A stretch of DNA of 64,000 nucleotides from Squalus acanthias (lineage: Eukaryota): NCBI GenBank assembly GCA_030390025.1, contig CM059449.1, positions 14,942,001 through 15,006,000 on the forward strand, read 5' to 3'. Below the pieces are notes generated by a model. That model did no database searches. It worked only from the letters and a program-made list of their open reading frames with translations, and was not told the DNA's origin. Of this stretch, positions 23,782 through 36,876 are shown in pieces. How positions within the stretch are numbered: position 1 is the first letter of the stretch; each line of letters opens with the position of its first letter. A program made the position numbers and the translations under genes.

Positions 23782-26700
23782 CTAACAGTCCATGGGCATG
23801 ACATTGTTCCTGGGCGATAGGGCAAAATGGGCTCTAGTGGATGGAAAGCACATTTTACACCCCGCCGAATTTCCTATTCCATTTATGGCTGTTTCACTAT
23901 CGCCCATTCTGCGCTAGCGCTCATGCTCTCTTTGGCTTTCACCAGCCCTTTGTCCACATTTATGCTGTTTTTACACCGACTTTTATTTATTGGCACCGGG
24001 AGTTTGGCAATAAATATCTCAGAGCTGGCATCTGGGGGAAAGGTTGGAAATTGGTCTTCATTACGCCCATTTTCTGCGCGGAAAATGGGGGCAAAAATTA
24101 CCAGTTTCGCAGGACTATGCCCTGCGCCCCAACGACAGCTGAAATATGTCCAGAGCCATATTGGCCTCATGGTTTTTCCGGCGTCCTGGGTGGCCAACTT
24201 GAACAGGCGTTAGCTACCTTGAATATCTTTATACCCTTTTCTCCAATGTTTCCTTCGAAGTCACGGTGGATGATCAGGTCAACCCTCATAGAAATTCAAC
24301 CCCTAACTGTATAATGAATAGTTCGGAGGCAAGAAACAACGTGTTAAAATAACACTATTTAATTGAAATCGATTAGTAATTAACCTTAAAGTATTTCTCC
24401 ATCGAACGCTGGACAGGGAAGTAAGGAATATAACAAAGCTATAAGGCTCCTGAGCTATTGCAGAGATCTGTCTTCTGTGTCTTTGAGCTTACTTATTTTC
24501 AGAGAGGCCTACATAAGATGCTTTTGGAAAATATGGCATACGGTGCGGGGAGTCTATGCCATGGTGTACTCCTTTGTGTTGAGGATCCCGACCGCACGGT
24601 GTAAAGCTGTTTGCAATGTTTTCATTCATATTTAACATGATTGTTTTGACAGTAAAGTGAAATTCTACAACTAATGTTAATTTACTGCGTAGTCCCAAAT
24701 ATTTCCTTGGGAATGCAAGGAAAGTTTAGCAAGTTATCAAAGGCAAACATATTTACTTCAGAAACTGAAACATAACAACAACAACAACTTGTATTTAAAC
24801 AGCGCCTTTAACGTAGTAAAACGTCACAAGGCGCTTCACAGGAGCGATTATTAAACACAATTTGACTCCGAGCCACATAAGGAGATATTAGGACAGGTGA
24901 TCAAAAACTTGGTCGAAGAGGTAGGTTTTAAGGAGCGTCTTTAAGGAGGAAAGAGAGGTAGCGAGGTGGAGAGGTTTAGGGAGGGAATTCCAGAGCTTAG
25001 GGCCCAGGCAGCTGAAGGCACGGCCACCAATGGTTGAGCGATTGAAATCGGGGATACTCAAGAGGGCAGAATTAGAGGAGCGCAGATATCTTGGGGCTGG
25101 AGGAGATTACAGAGATAGGGAGGGGCGAGGCCATGGAGGGATTTGAAGACAAGGATGACTATTTAAAGAACACATTTTCAAATCTAAGACGGACCGAAGT
25201 AATTAAACAGCAGGATAACCAATGGTCCACACTGCAGCTATTTAAGGCAGCAGCTCACCAACATGAAAATATTAAAGAGTCTTCGTGCTAAAGGTCTATA
25301 ATGTAAGTGTCTTTGAATGTTTCGCAAATATGGAACTGCCAACTTGATCAAGTTGCCGCACTGAGACTTGTGTATTGCCAAGAATGACTTGCAGGGACGT
25401 GGTCTGGACGGAAGGTAATTTAACACGGCAGTGTTCGTATTACAGTGAGTTTTTGTATCGGAGTGAGTCTGTGCTTTCCATCCATCCGCCCAGCTTCACT
25501 GTGCCATCATTATCTTCTTCCTGCTGAAGTCAAAAGAAGTGAAGGCACATGCCGAATTAGTAAAACATAATTTGGGAAATCTCCGAACGGTTATTCATTA
25601 AGCAGTAGTTCCAGATTGGTGGAGAATAGAATTCACTTTAGTATCAGGAATAGGATTTTTGGCAAGTCAAGCTCTTCACTTTATGAAGGAAACATTGAAG
25701 ATTTTAAAACCTGTTCTAAATTCCGAGAGACTTGAAGTAAATGAGCAGAGGAAAATGTGCTATTCCAAACACAATCCTAAATTCTTCTGATCAATAACCA
25801 GTGTCTCTTCTTCCTCCTGTTTATTTTAATTTCACTCCAGATGTTTTGACTTAACGGGACTCTTGAAACTTCTATACGAACTGTTGCCAATGTTTTATCT
25901 TGAAATGCGTGATACAGTGGTTTTTTGACCACCAGTTAATGAGCAAAATGCTTGATTCGCTTTATTTTACTTGACTAAATGAGTATGACTCCCAATTGGG
26001 CATAGAAATAAGTAGTTATGTACAATTTAATCTTACTCAAGCGCGCTACATAGAGTAGAACAAGGCAGCACCTACTGGAACATAACATAGCTTAACATTG
26101 TTTTTCCTACGGACCAAGATGGGGAGGCTAATTGTTCATCGTACTGATCACTGTGAGGTGGATGGTGTTTATTTTACAAGGACACAAGCGTTATGCCATG
26201 TAAGACACGGTATATTATTCTGCTACTAAGGTAGGAAAGCATCTCCTTAAAGCCACACAATACTATTATTGCTAAGTAAACACAGACTCAGGTCAATCTG
26301 AAAATGTCCAACATCAAACAATTAAACTCCGATGGAAATGTAGTCAGTAGGAACAGCCGAGGTGCATGGGAGCAGCATCACCTCCAAGTTCCCCTCCAAG
26401 TCACACGCCATCCCAAATTGGACATATATCGTCTTTCCTTCAATGTCGCTGGGTCAAAAATCCTGGAACTCTCTACCTCACAGCATTTTGGGAGTACCTT
26501 CACCCCACGGACTGCAGTGACTCAAGGAGGGGGCCCACCCCAACTTCTCAAGGGCAACTAGGGATGAAATAGCGGCGCCCACTTCCCCAGAACGAATAAA
26601 ATAAAAGTTTGCATGCATCCCATGGGGAAACCTTATTTCTCCTGAATGCATTAAGTCGAAAGATGGCCCTGCGAGAAGACCGTAAGGAAATGGAAAATCA

Positions 26701-29700
26701 CTATTATCATAGGAAGTGGGCAGTCTGAGGTCGGCGTTACATACAGTGTTTGGGGGAAGAGAAAAAGGTCCCACATGGCTTGAATGTTAAATACTTCCAT
26801 TGCCTCCTTGATGAGGAAACAGATTCACCAAAATAAAATTTAAAAAGTTAATTTCAGTAGTAAAAGAGGTAGCTTGCAATCACATTTATTGTACATCACA
26901 ATCATAGTGTAAAAATCTGGTGCGTTTGTAACCACGTTATTCCGATTTCCAGTTCGAGTATTACCATGGTTTAGCCTTTCAGCAATAATACCAGATATTC
27001 ATCTTTGCTGCCACTATTATGACCTCAAATGAGATGTAAATGACGGAAACAATTATTTATTTTATGCAAATTTGTGCCAGATTAGAATGATTGAAACATA
27101 ACATATGGGCTCCACTGCTTTACCCGAAAATATTGCATTTTTTGATGGTTTTATGCGTGGATACTTGACAAAAGCAAGACATTACGCTGTCGGAGACGAG
27201 GATACCAGCTCTTTACATGTTTACCTGAAAATGTGCTCTTTGTTTTAGCTTTATATAAAAAGCGGGTTAGTTCTTCCACAAAAATAACAGAGAAATGAAT
27301 TTCAGAGCAAGTTATTACCATTTGTAGATTACTTGTCAACTGATGGATTTGGGTGTTGGTGACGATGGGGCATGGGCACCGTACACTTATTTCCCGTGAG
27401 GAGATATCGCATATGGACAGTTTACAGGGGGAGAAACACCCGTTCTGGTTTTCGGTACAATGCTGAATAGCAACATTTACAGCAGTTCACGATGCTCAAT
27501 GATAAACATGTATTAGAAAATGAAATAATGAAACACAGTGACAAATCTCATCACAAGGAAAATAGAAAGTGTGAGGATAAATAGGGCAATGGGAAAAAGA
27601 CCAGCATTTAATGAAGCATCATACCCTTACATGGGGAACAGTACCTTAACTGTACCGCAATTAATACAACAGTGAATTGGTAGAGTTTCCGACAGAAATG
27701 GGTTAAAGATTGCATAAATTATGGGCTGTACATAATGTTTGTGCTACGCTACATACCCTATTTTAAACATTCGATCGAGACCTTTGATCATGTAGTTCTG
27801 TACAACACGATTTAAGAGAAATATATCCTAGAATGTCCAAAACAATCTTGGGCTACAGAGTAAAAATCAAATAACAATTGATATCATATCGGCGTCAGCC
27901 ATGGCTCAGTTAGTAGCACTCTCGCTTCTGAGTGAGAAGATTGTGGGTTCATGTCCCACTCCAGAGACTTGAGCACAAAAATCTAGGCTGACACTCCAGT
28001 GTCCTACTGAGGGGGTGCTGCCTGTCGGAGGTGCCGTCTTTCGGATGAGATGTTAAACCGAGGCCCCGTCTGCTCTCTCAGGTGGCGGTAAAAGATCCCA
28101 TGGCACTATTGCGAAGAAGAGCAGGGGAGTTATCCCCGGTGTCCTGGCCAATATTGATCCCTCAATCAACATCACTAAAGCAGATAATCTGGTCATTATC
28201 ACATTGCTGCTTGTGGGAGCTTGCTGTGCAGAAATTGGCTGCTGCGTTTCTTACATTACAACAGTGACTCCACTTCATAAGTTCTTCATTGGTTGTAAAG
28301 CGCTTTGGATGTCCGGTGGTCGTGAAATGCGCTATATAAATGCAAGTCTTTTTTGTAGTTTAGACTGGTTTATAAACCTTTGGATCATTTATTTCTGCTA
28401 ATTTGTCACTGTCCTTCAATTATATAACTGACTATTGCAGGATTCTCAAAGAATTCCCATGCGGGAAACACGACTGTGTTATCTGTTGCGTCCGTAGCAG
28501 TTTAATTAAATAACTCTGAACTGCAGGTTACAAACACTAGGGGAGAATTTTTGCTGGGGTATCTCCCGCCGTAACGTCGGCAGAAGTCGGCAGAAATCCC
28601 AGGCGACCCGGCAGAAACTATCAAGCGGTGTCAATCCAGCTCTGCTTCATTTTTTTTTAATTGCGGTATTTCAAAATTGTTAATATCACCCTTCTGAGAC
28701 TCGGAAAGTGTATTAGTCCTGCTGTCATGTGTTAAGTAGTAATTAATTATGGTAGCACTTAATTGGACTTTGCAAGAACTGATGAATATAAATATCCCTC
28801 AACACAAAGATGCAGTATTGCGTTTACGGCCTTCTTTAAGAATGGCCAAATTAATTATTTGGAAATGTGCTATGGAGCTCAAAGTAGACTCAGTTTTCAG
28901 ACACACAATAAGTTAGTTACCGCACGATACAATCCTACAATTTTTCCCTTGTAAGTGGAATCGCCTAGAATTTCCGCGGAGGTGCAGAGAAATCTTGGGA
29001 AAGCAGCGATAGTGTACAGCGAAAGCTCAAACTGAAACTGCTTTACAGTCAGCAGTTTTCAGTAAAATAACAGATAACAAATAAAGTATACATATCAGGA
29101 AAGGATGAGCAGGCTGGGTCTCTTTTCTCTTGAAAACAAAAAGGCTGAGGGCTGAACTAACAGAGGTCTTTAAAATTATGAAAGGTTTTGATCGAGTGGG
29201 TACAGAGAGAATGTTTCCACTTGTTGGAAAGAGCAAAACGAGAGGACATCAATATGAGATAGTCACCAAGAAATCCAATAGGGAATTCAGAAGAAACTTC
29301 TTCAGCCAGAGAGTGGTGAAAATGTGGAACTCGCTACCACAGGGAGTGGCTGAGGCGAATAGTACAGATGCATTTAAGGGGAGGCTAGAGAAGCATATGA
29401 GGGAAAAGGGTATAGAGGTTTATGCTGATAGATTTAGATGAGGAAAGACGGGAGGAGGCTCGAGTGGAGCATAAATGCCGGCATGGACTGGTTGGGCCGA
29501 ATGACCTGTTTCTGTGCCTTATGTCCTATTTAACTGGATGCTTTGGAGGAATTATCTTCCCCTGTGTTTCCTTGGACATCCTGAGCAGTTTGCAAACCCA
29601 TATCATCTCAATTTATGTGTTTTGAGAGTAGGTGTTCTCCTCTCCCGGCTTTAGAAACACTTAACGTTGGGGGAGAGGGAGCGAGCCTTTATCAAACGTG

Positions 29701-32700
29701 CTCGCAGCTCAGTCTTGAACTAAGACTGTTACAGAGCCAGACTTAAAGAAGCCAGACATTGTCTGTGCGGTTCTGCTTGGCTGGAAACCAAGTGCAGCTA
29801 CTGGTATCCTCAGTGTGACTGCATTCTACATTCGTTAAACAATAAACTTTTCTTTTTCTTCATTCACGGGATGTGGGCATCGCTGGCAAGGCCCGCATTT
29901 ATTGCCCATCCATAATTGCCCTTGAGTGGCTTTCCAGGCCATTTCAGAGGGCAGTTAAGAGTCAACCACATTGCTCTGGGTCTGGAGTCAAATATAGGCC
30001 AGACCGGGTAAGCGCAGCAGATTTCCTTCCCTAAAGGACATCAGTGAACCAGATGGTTTTTTACGACAATCCGGTAGTTACATGCTCACCATTACTGATG
30101 CTGGCTTTTTATTCCAGATTTATTTAACTGAATTCAAATTCCCCAGCTGCCGTGGTGGGATTTAAACTCTTGTCCTCGGATAATTAGTCCAGGCCTCTGG
30201 ATTACCAGTCCAGTAACATTACCACTATGCTACCGTTCGCTCATTTTATGGAACCAGAGTGTAACCGTTGTGCTAAATAATTATAAAATAGTTTTACATG
30301 CGTCCCAAACAGTAAATAATACATGTATTGACATTCACTACCAGTACCTCTTCTGACGGAAGCAGATAGCGACGATGATTCCAAAAACGACCAGTAAAGC
30401 TATCACTGCAGCACGGACACACCATAGTGTCCGGACGTCGCTGAAGAAGCTTGTAGTCTCTTCGTTGCTCGTTATCTTAAATTCCGTTTCGGCACCTATG
30501 GAATAACAGGTCTAAAAAATCTCCATATCGCTTTCTGGACCAAGGCAACGAGTAAGGCAAGGGGGCTGAGACGCCTTCCGGGCTGGATGTTCGTCTTCAC
30601 CAGCCTGGGCGGTAAACTGGCAGGGCACACCTCTCGCACTTTAAATAACCCGTCTACTTTTCATTCAATTAATTACCGCCCAGGCGGTAAAAGCGAAAAT
30701 CTGTCCCATTTATTTTATTACCACAGGTCACTTTTTCACAAGAGTACTCAAATATGAAGACTTCTTTCTTGGTGCCTTGTTTATTGTCCCACTCTTTGCA
30801 GTTTCCTCTTCCCTTCACCCCTTCCCGCTGTCTCTCACGAACACTACCCATACATCAGAGATAGACAGAAACATCTGCGCCAGTACCTGTTCAGATTAAC
30901 AACGGACAAAGTAAAGGCAATTGCACAACTTCATATCAGTCACCTATGGTGGAAAATAAACAACCTTATGTTTGCAGATGATGTGATCTACGCATCGAGC
31001 GAGATTATTGGGTGCAATTCTGGCACTACACTTTAGAAGTTGCGCCAGGGTCTTGGAGCGGATGCAGAGGAGATTTATTAGAAATGTACCAGGAATTAGG
31101 CTATTTCGGTTATCAGGAGAGACTTGAGAAGCTGGGATTAGATCAGAGCAGATAAGGTTCTGGGTAGATTTAATAGAGGTGTTCAAAATTATTTAAAGGT
31201 TTTGATAGAAAAGATAGGGAGGATCTATTTCCAATGGCAGGAGGGTTGGTAACCAGAGGACACAGATTTAAGGTAATTGACAAAAAAGCCAGGCATGAGA
31301 TTGGGAGCATTTTTTGTTATGATGTGGAATGCACTGAGTGAAAGGGCGATGGAAGCAGATTCAATAGTAACTTTCAAAAGGGAGTTTGATAAATACTTAA
31401 AAATAAAGCTTTGGGCTGTTTATAATAACCAGGCTAAGACTCGTGCTCAGCAATCTCACCAACAACGCGGTCAGGGTTCGCAGGTTAATGCCGCCAAGAG
31501 AAGCTTCTAGACTATAAATGTTCAGTATCAAACTTACCCCGTTTCACGGTCACTGTTGTCCCGGGTCCGTCTGCTGCAGCGAATCCCACGAGCTGCACTT
31601 TGCAGAAATAGAACCCGGTATCTTCCGGTTTCAGCTGGATTATTCTAATGGACGCGTCTCTCCTCTGTCTGAAATCCTCTTCACTTGCACCGAACACCCT
31701 GCCTCTGTATTCCGCTGTATTGTTGGAAACTTCATTTCCCTGTTTGGTGCCTCGGTGCCACGTGTAGCTGCCGATTCCTGTGGGACCCTCATATCTGCAG
31801 AGCAGGTCCGCTGTCTGTCCCGCGGTTTTGGTGAGTGATAGCGGGCTCTGAATTACGGTGATGTTTCCAACAGTAACTGCTGTAGATGGGTGAAGTCAAT
31901 ACAATACACAGTGGGGTGAGATCTTTTGCCCTGGAAAGTACTGCTTCCTATATTAGGCATGAATGCTCAGCCTTTAAAGGAGTCCTTAACCCTTTAAAAA
32001 TTATCAGTATTGTTACAGTTGAGCGAGGCGTGCGCGCCGCCACTCTGCCGAATGGCAATTTTCAGGATACATTGTTCAAATATATTCAGAAAAAAATCGG
32101 ATATTAATGCAGTGACATTGACTGTATATAGCCCGTGTTGTTAGTTGGTGCAATAAAACATAGCACTAAAGGGAGTTAAAAAAGCCTGTGACGAGAAAAT
32201 GTCCCTCAACCCATCAAAGATCAACACTAACTCCCACCACGGCATTTAATTGTATTTTGAGTAGCCCTAATATTTACCTCAATTGCTCGCTGTATACATT
32301 CCTCCAAGTTTTAGACAAACACGTTGTTCTTGCTTTTAGTTTAAAATGTCATTTTTCGCTAATTTCCATTGATGGATCTGATTCTACTTTCATGGCTTCG
32401 AAGGAATAATTGGGGCGCACTTTATCTATACCATTTATGATGGAGTTCTCCCCCCCCCCCCCCCACCCCCGCGCCCCGCCGCTCCCGGCACTTAACTGCC
32501 TTATTTAAGATTGAAACACTTACGCTTCGCTTATCTTTTCTCACGTCTCATCTCTTTACACTTCGGAAGGGTTTTGCTGCTCCTCTATGCACTCTTTCCA
32601 GTCCAGATATATTTTTGTGTCATCGATAGGAAAGCTGAAGTTCGGATTCTAAGAATGGTTGACCCGTGCATTTAGAAGCTTAGCTCAGTTCTCTGACACT

Positions 32701-33287
32701 ATCATGTCTTTATATTCTAACACACTGTGAGCGCTTTTTAAAAAACTGCTTCGTTACATCCTTTATATATCGGCTGTTAATCATCTTATTATCACGTCAG
32801 AACTAAGAAATAAAAGGATTGGGAATAAATTATATTAGGAAATTGCTCGGATCTGTATTATTTCAAAATGTTGATTCAATTCCTTGCAATTTTGGGCCAT
32901 TGACTTAAGATGGGCTCCAGGTTTGATTGTCGGCGGGGGTTGCTAAACAATACTGGATCAGTGATCATTGCGCGTGTATGTATTTGAAATCGGCACATTT
33001 CTCAGTCACGTCAACCATTTCAAGTTTGGAAAGATGTCCTTTCGGTACCATTGATTTTTTTTTAATGCTCAACGCCCTATTTATTTATCCGCGTGCGCAT
33101 CATAAATATCTAAGAGTACTTGAATTTAACAAATGAAACAATATAAGAATGCGCTACAAGAGGAGGTTGCTATCTTTCCGGTTTGTACTCTCATCTTGCA
33201 ATTGGAAACCGACATAACATAAAATAGTTCCTTACCGGCGATCATGGCCGTTACCCAGATTGTTCCAATAACATGGCTAAAGTTCAT
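23782..33287 (-). CDS. NCR3: NKp30/NCR3-family activating Ig receptor, gene 2 (227 aa predicted with the cassette exon)
   Basis: Leader 33287-33236 (MNFSHVIGTIWVTAMIA); V 31879-31538; TM 30495-30348; probable phase 2-2 exon 24606-24493 (FTPCGRDPQHKGVHHGIDSPHRMPYFPKASYVGLSEN); terminal 23809-23782 (KNNVMPMDC*), whose stop context ACTGTTAGAAGTC resembles gene 1 ACTGTTGAAGTC. Family-level symbol. Confidence 0.78.
24775..25165 (-). mobile_element. L2-type LINE 3' fragment
   Basis: Reverse complement of the 3672-4146 family, with a (caa)n tail. Confidence 0.8.
26345..26600 (+). mobile_element. Degenerate Crack/L2-group LINE 3' fragment
   Basis: Matches the 6783-7191 family. Confidence 0.7.
27895..28352 (+). 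mobile_element. Full-length Deu-domain SINE
   Basis: Same family as 8915-9391; A/B-box-like tRNA head. Confidence 0.82.
29085..29530 (+). mobile_element. CR1 3' fragment
   Basis: ORF 29130-29441; same subfamily as 1832-2617. Confidence 0.88.
29850..30240 (-). mobile_element. Second tRNA-headed SINE family, with a tail shared with the Crack-like LINE
   Basis: Head ggtagcatagtggtaatgttactggactgg; tail caagggcaattatggatgggcaataaatgc. Other copies at 43193-47966, 61085-61772 and 23215-23430. Confidence 0.7.
30348..30495 (-). CDS. Gene 2 stalk/TM exon with intramembrane Arg
   Basis: GAETEFKITSNEETTSFFSDVR-TLWCVRAAVIALLVVFGIIVAICF-RQK; same GTACTG donor as gene 1, but phase 1-2. Confidence 0.87.
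31538..31879 (-). CDS. NCR3: Gene 2 VJ-type Ig V-domain exon
   Basis: [114 protein letters not shown]. Same 342-nt length as the gene 1 exon, about half identical by hand alignment. CAGCAG acceptor, GTAAGT donor. Confidence 0.93.
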
Positions 33288-33394
33288 GGTGTCGGCACAG
33301 TTCTGGGCATGAAGTCAGTTGAGGAACAGCAGTTCAGGATCAGAGAAAAGTAACAATCGAATTCTACTTGTGGAGACGCGCATGATACAGTATG

Positions 33395-33420
33395 TGACGT
33401 AACGGACCCAATCGCCCAAT
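33395..33420 (-). promoter_or_regulatory. Candidate gene 2 promoter elements (CRE-like site and two CCAAT boxes)
   Basis: TGACGTAA at 33395-33402 and CCAAT at 33408-12 and 33416-20, about 110-130 nt upstream of the ATG. Confidence 0.35.
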
Positions 33421-33967
33421 TAACATTCTCTGTTTTCATTTCTTCCCGCCTCTGCAGGGACATAGATGCCAGAATACCAGGCACAAGCTGTGGTTTCGAA
33501 TCCACTTCAGTTGTACTTCAGTGTCCTTTAGTATACCTCGGTACCATGATAACTGAAATTAACTGCGCGGAGAACTTGCAAAATCAAATTCTTTCAAACT
33601 CTTCCGCAGAAAAGGAATGCGTGGAAGACACTTCTGGCTTAAAGCTGCTAAACCAGATGTCTGGCCGACCTATTAATGAAGAGACTGCGCATTCGGAGAT
33701 AAATCAGAACAGGTCAGGCGTGATAGATATAGAGACAGCAATGAAGAATGCGGGGTTTATCGCGAACTGTTGACTAAGTATTGTTTTATTAAAATGCGGA
33801 GGAAAAGATAAAGAACTTCAGATTTTTATTTCACGGCCTTGCTTTCAGGCAGATCTCCAAAGTAATCTTTTCACTCGGCACGTTGTATAGGATTGGAAAA
33901 AAATACAAAAGAACACAGCTGCCGCACCGAATCTTTGGTGGACTGCATATTACTGTCAGGATGATAG

Positions 33968-35228
33968 GAACATAGAAACAAAGAAACATAGGAGCAGGAG
34001 TAGGCCATTCGGCCCTTCGAGCCTGCTCCGCCATTCAATATGATCATGGCTGATCCTTTATCTCAATACCATATTCCCGCTCTCTCCCCATACCCCTTGA
34101 TGCCTTTTGTTTCTAGAAATCTATCTATCTCCTTCTTAAATATATTCAGAGACTTGGCATCCACAGCTTTCTGTGGTAGAGAATTCCACAGGTTCACCAC
34201 CCTCTGAGTGAAGAAATGTCTCCTCATCTCAGTCCTAAATGTCCTACCCCTATCCGGAGACTGTGACCCCTCATTCAAGACCCCCAGCCAGGGGAAACAT
34301 CCTCCCTGCATCCAGTCTGTCTAGCCCTGTCAGAATTTTATACGTTTCAATGAGACCCCCTCTCATTCTTCTAAACTGAAGTGAATACAGGCCTAGTCGA
34401 CACAATCTCTCCTCATACGACAGTCCTGCCACCCCAGGAATTAGTCTGGTGAACCTTCGCTGCACTCCCTCTATGGCAAGTATATCCTTTCTTAGGCAAG
34501 GAGACCAAAAATGCACACAGTACTCCAGGTGTGATCTCACCAAGGCCCTGTATAACTGTAGTAAGACATCCTTGCTCCTGTACTCAATTCCTCTTGTAAT
34601 GAAGACCAGCATACCATTTGCCTTCCTAACTGCTTGCTGCACCTGCATGTTTGCTTTCAGTGACCATTTAAATAATACTCTGCCTTTCTGTTTTTCCTAC
34701 CGAAGTGGATAACTTCACATTTATCCTCGTTATAATGCATCTGCCATGTATTTGTTCACTCACTGAACTTGTCTAAAACTCCTTGAAGCCTCTTTGCATC
34801 CTCCTCACAACTCACAATCCCACCTAGTTTCGTGTCGTCAGCAAACTTGGAAATATTACATTTGGTTCCCTCATCCAAATCATTGATATATATTGTGAAT
34901 TACTGGGGCCCAAGCACTTATCCCTGCGGTACCCCACTAGTCACCGCCTGCCACCCCGAAAAAGACCCATTTATTCCTACTCTCTGTTTCCTGTCTGTTA
35001 ACCAATTTTCAATCCATGTCAGTATATTACGCCCAATCCCATGTGCTTTAATTTTGCACACTAATCTCTTATGTGGGACTTTATCAAAGGCCTTCTGAAA
35101 ATCCAAATACACCACATCAACTGGTTCTCCCTTATCTCGTCTACCAGTTACATCCTCAAAAAACTCCAGTAGGTTTGTTAAACACGATTTTCCTTTCATA
35201 AATCCATGTTGACTTTGTCTAATCCCGA
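33968..35228 (-). mobile_element. CR1 LINE RT/3' fragment
   Basis: ORFs 34918-35199, 34271-34648 and 34063-34311. Confidence 0.9.
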
Positions 35229-36194
35229 TTGGGGATTAGATGGTAATCTCTTTATCACAATGACAAGTGTCTGCACCAGAAGGGAGGAAGAATACAGCAT
35301 TTAATAAATATATGCTACCGCAGGTCTGTCTAATTGCACTATCTTAACACAACCGTGGTACCTCTTGGCAACTGAGGTCCATTTCAATCAATTTAGTTTT
35401 CGAAACGCGCAGATTGTGTGTCATGCTACTGGTTGAACACCCAACAAATGCTTCCGAAAAGTACTCCTTCAGTATGTAAAGCAAACTGAGACTGCTCAAT
35501 CGAATTTCGTACACGAATTTGCAACCATGAAGCAGAGGAAACCTCCATAGAAATAGAGTGGGAAATGTTGACGACAAATTGTGAAACGATGAGCGAGGTG
35601 CAGCAGGGTCCGCTCAAAAGCTGAGACCCGGGCTGAATTGTAACCAGCGTTGACAGGACGGAAATCTTCCTTTTTTAAATGGGCGAGTTTAGCAAAATAC
35701 TCGTGCAAACTCCCAATCACTATTCAACAGAATAGTTTGAATTGAAATTGCAGAGACTGTGATGCCGAACCACACACTTACAAATGCACATTTATAAATG
35801 GAGGCGTATAAAAAAAATATTCCAACATATGCGTCAGAAGTAATATAAAAGAGCAACTTGCAGTTTCCGTCGATCTCAGCTGAAGTTACGGTGAAATTTC
35901 GGCCGCGTTAGAAATATTGAGCTAATATTTTGCAACTGTTTGCGATAGATTTGATCAAAATAAAGCACATTATTGTCTGCTATTTTCCTCTTACGCGCAA
36001 GATTTTAGAACTCGTTGCAACTGGCCCACGGGAGAAAATATATGGGCTTGTATGACAAATGGCTTGCGTTATACCTACGGGTTGGAGGTGAAATCATTTT
36101 CAACTGTATTGCAGTATGGGCAACGCTGCATTCAAGGACATTTTAGCCGCTGGCTCTATGTGTCCGACTCTTCTGTGTCTGTGCTCTACATCTA

Positions 36195-36270
36195 CATGTA
36201 CTATGTATATTTATATATATATGTGTGTGTACATTTATCTATATGTGTGTGTGCGTGTGTGTGTGTGCGT
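36195..36270. repeat. (TA)n/(TG)n microsatellite
   Basis: Directly visible. Confidence 0.85.
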
Positions 36271-36353
36271 GAATTCGCAAATCGTCCGTTTCTATATCAA
36301 ATAGAATTACACATGGTAACTTCTATTCCGCTTCTGCCTTTATATCTTGACAG

Positions 36354-36550
36354 GATCACTGCTGGAAGCACCACTACAGTTCAAAACTCACCCTTCACAG
36401 CCGCAACTGAAGGGCATACTCCAGCCTTTAGGGGTCGGAAGATGCAAATGGCGCGAATGCATTAAAAACATAAGATACAGGACATGGCGGACGGATGTTA
36501 CGCGAAGTACAGAGGATTTAATCAGAAATGTTGATGTTTTGCTTAGTTAA
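36354..36550 (+). pseudogene. Probable decayed NCR3-family V exon
   Basis: Pyrimidine-tract acceptor ...tatcttgacag. One frame gives TAGSTTTVQNSPFTAATEGHT (cf. [21 protein letters not shown]); another gives GVGRCKW and STEDLIRNVDVLL (cf. GIGSYTW and SEEDFRQRRDASI). Frameshifted and cut by a LINE at 36550. Confidence 0.45.
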
Positions 36551-36876
36551 GGCTTTTTCGGCAGCACCTCCCAAACCCGCGACCTCTTCCACCTAGAAGG
36601 ACAAGGGCAGCAGGCGCATGGGAACACCACCACCTCCAAGTTCTTCTCCAAGTCACACACCATCCTGACTTAGATGTATATCGGCCGTTTCTTCATTGTC
36701 GCTGGGTCAAAATCCTGGACCTCCCTCCCTAACAGCACTGTGGGAGTACCTTCACCACACGGGCTGCAGCGGTTCAAGAAGGCGGCTCACCACCACCTTC
36801 TCAAGGGCAATTAGGAATGGCCAATAAATGCTGGCATTGCCAGCGACGCGCACATCCCATGAATGAATTAAAAATA
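36550..36876 (+). mobile_element. Crack/L2-group LINE 3' fragment
   Basis: Same family as 6783-7191. Confidence 0.8.

Noticed and set aside
27899-27965. tRNA-like sequence
   Set aside because: It is the SINE head, continuing into the SINE body with no complete cloverleaf.
33395-33420. MHC class II-type S-X-Y module
   Set aside because: The order and spacing of the CRE-like and CCAAT motifs do not fit, and there is no X1 box.
35344-35720. Short ORFs in unique DNA between gene 2 and the pseudo-V exon
   Set aside because: No recognisable domain or consistent splice chain.
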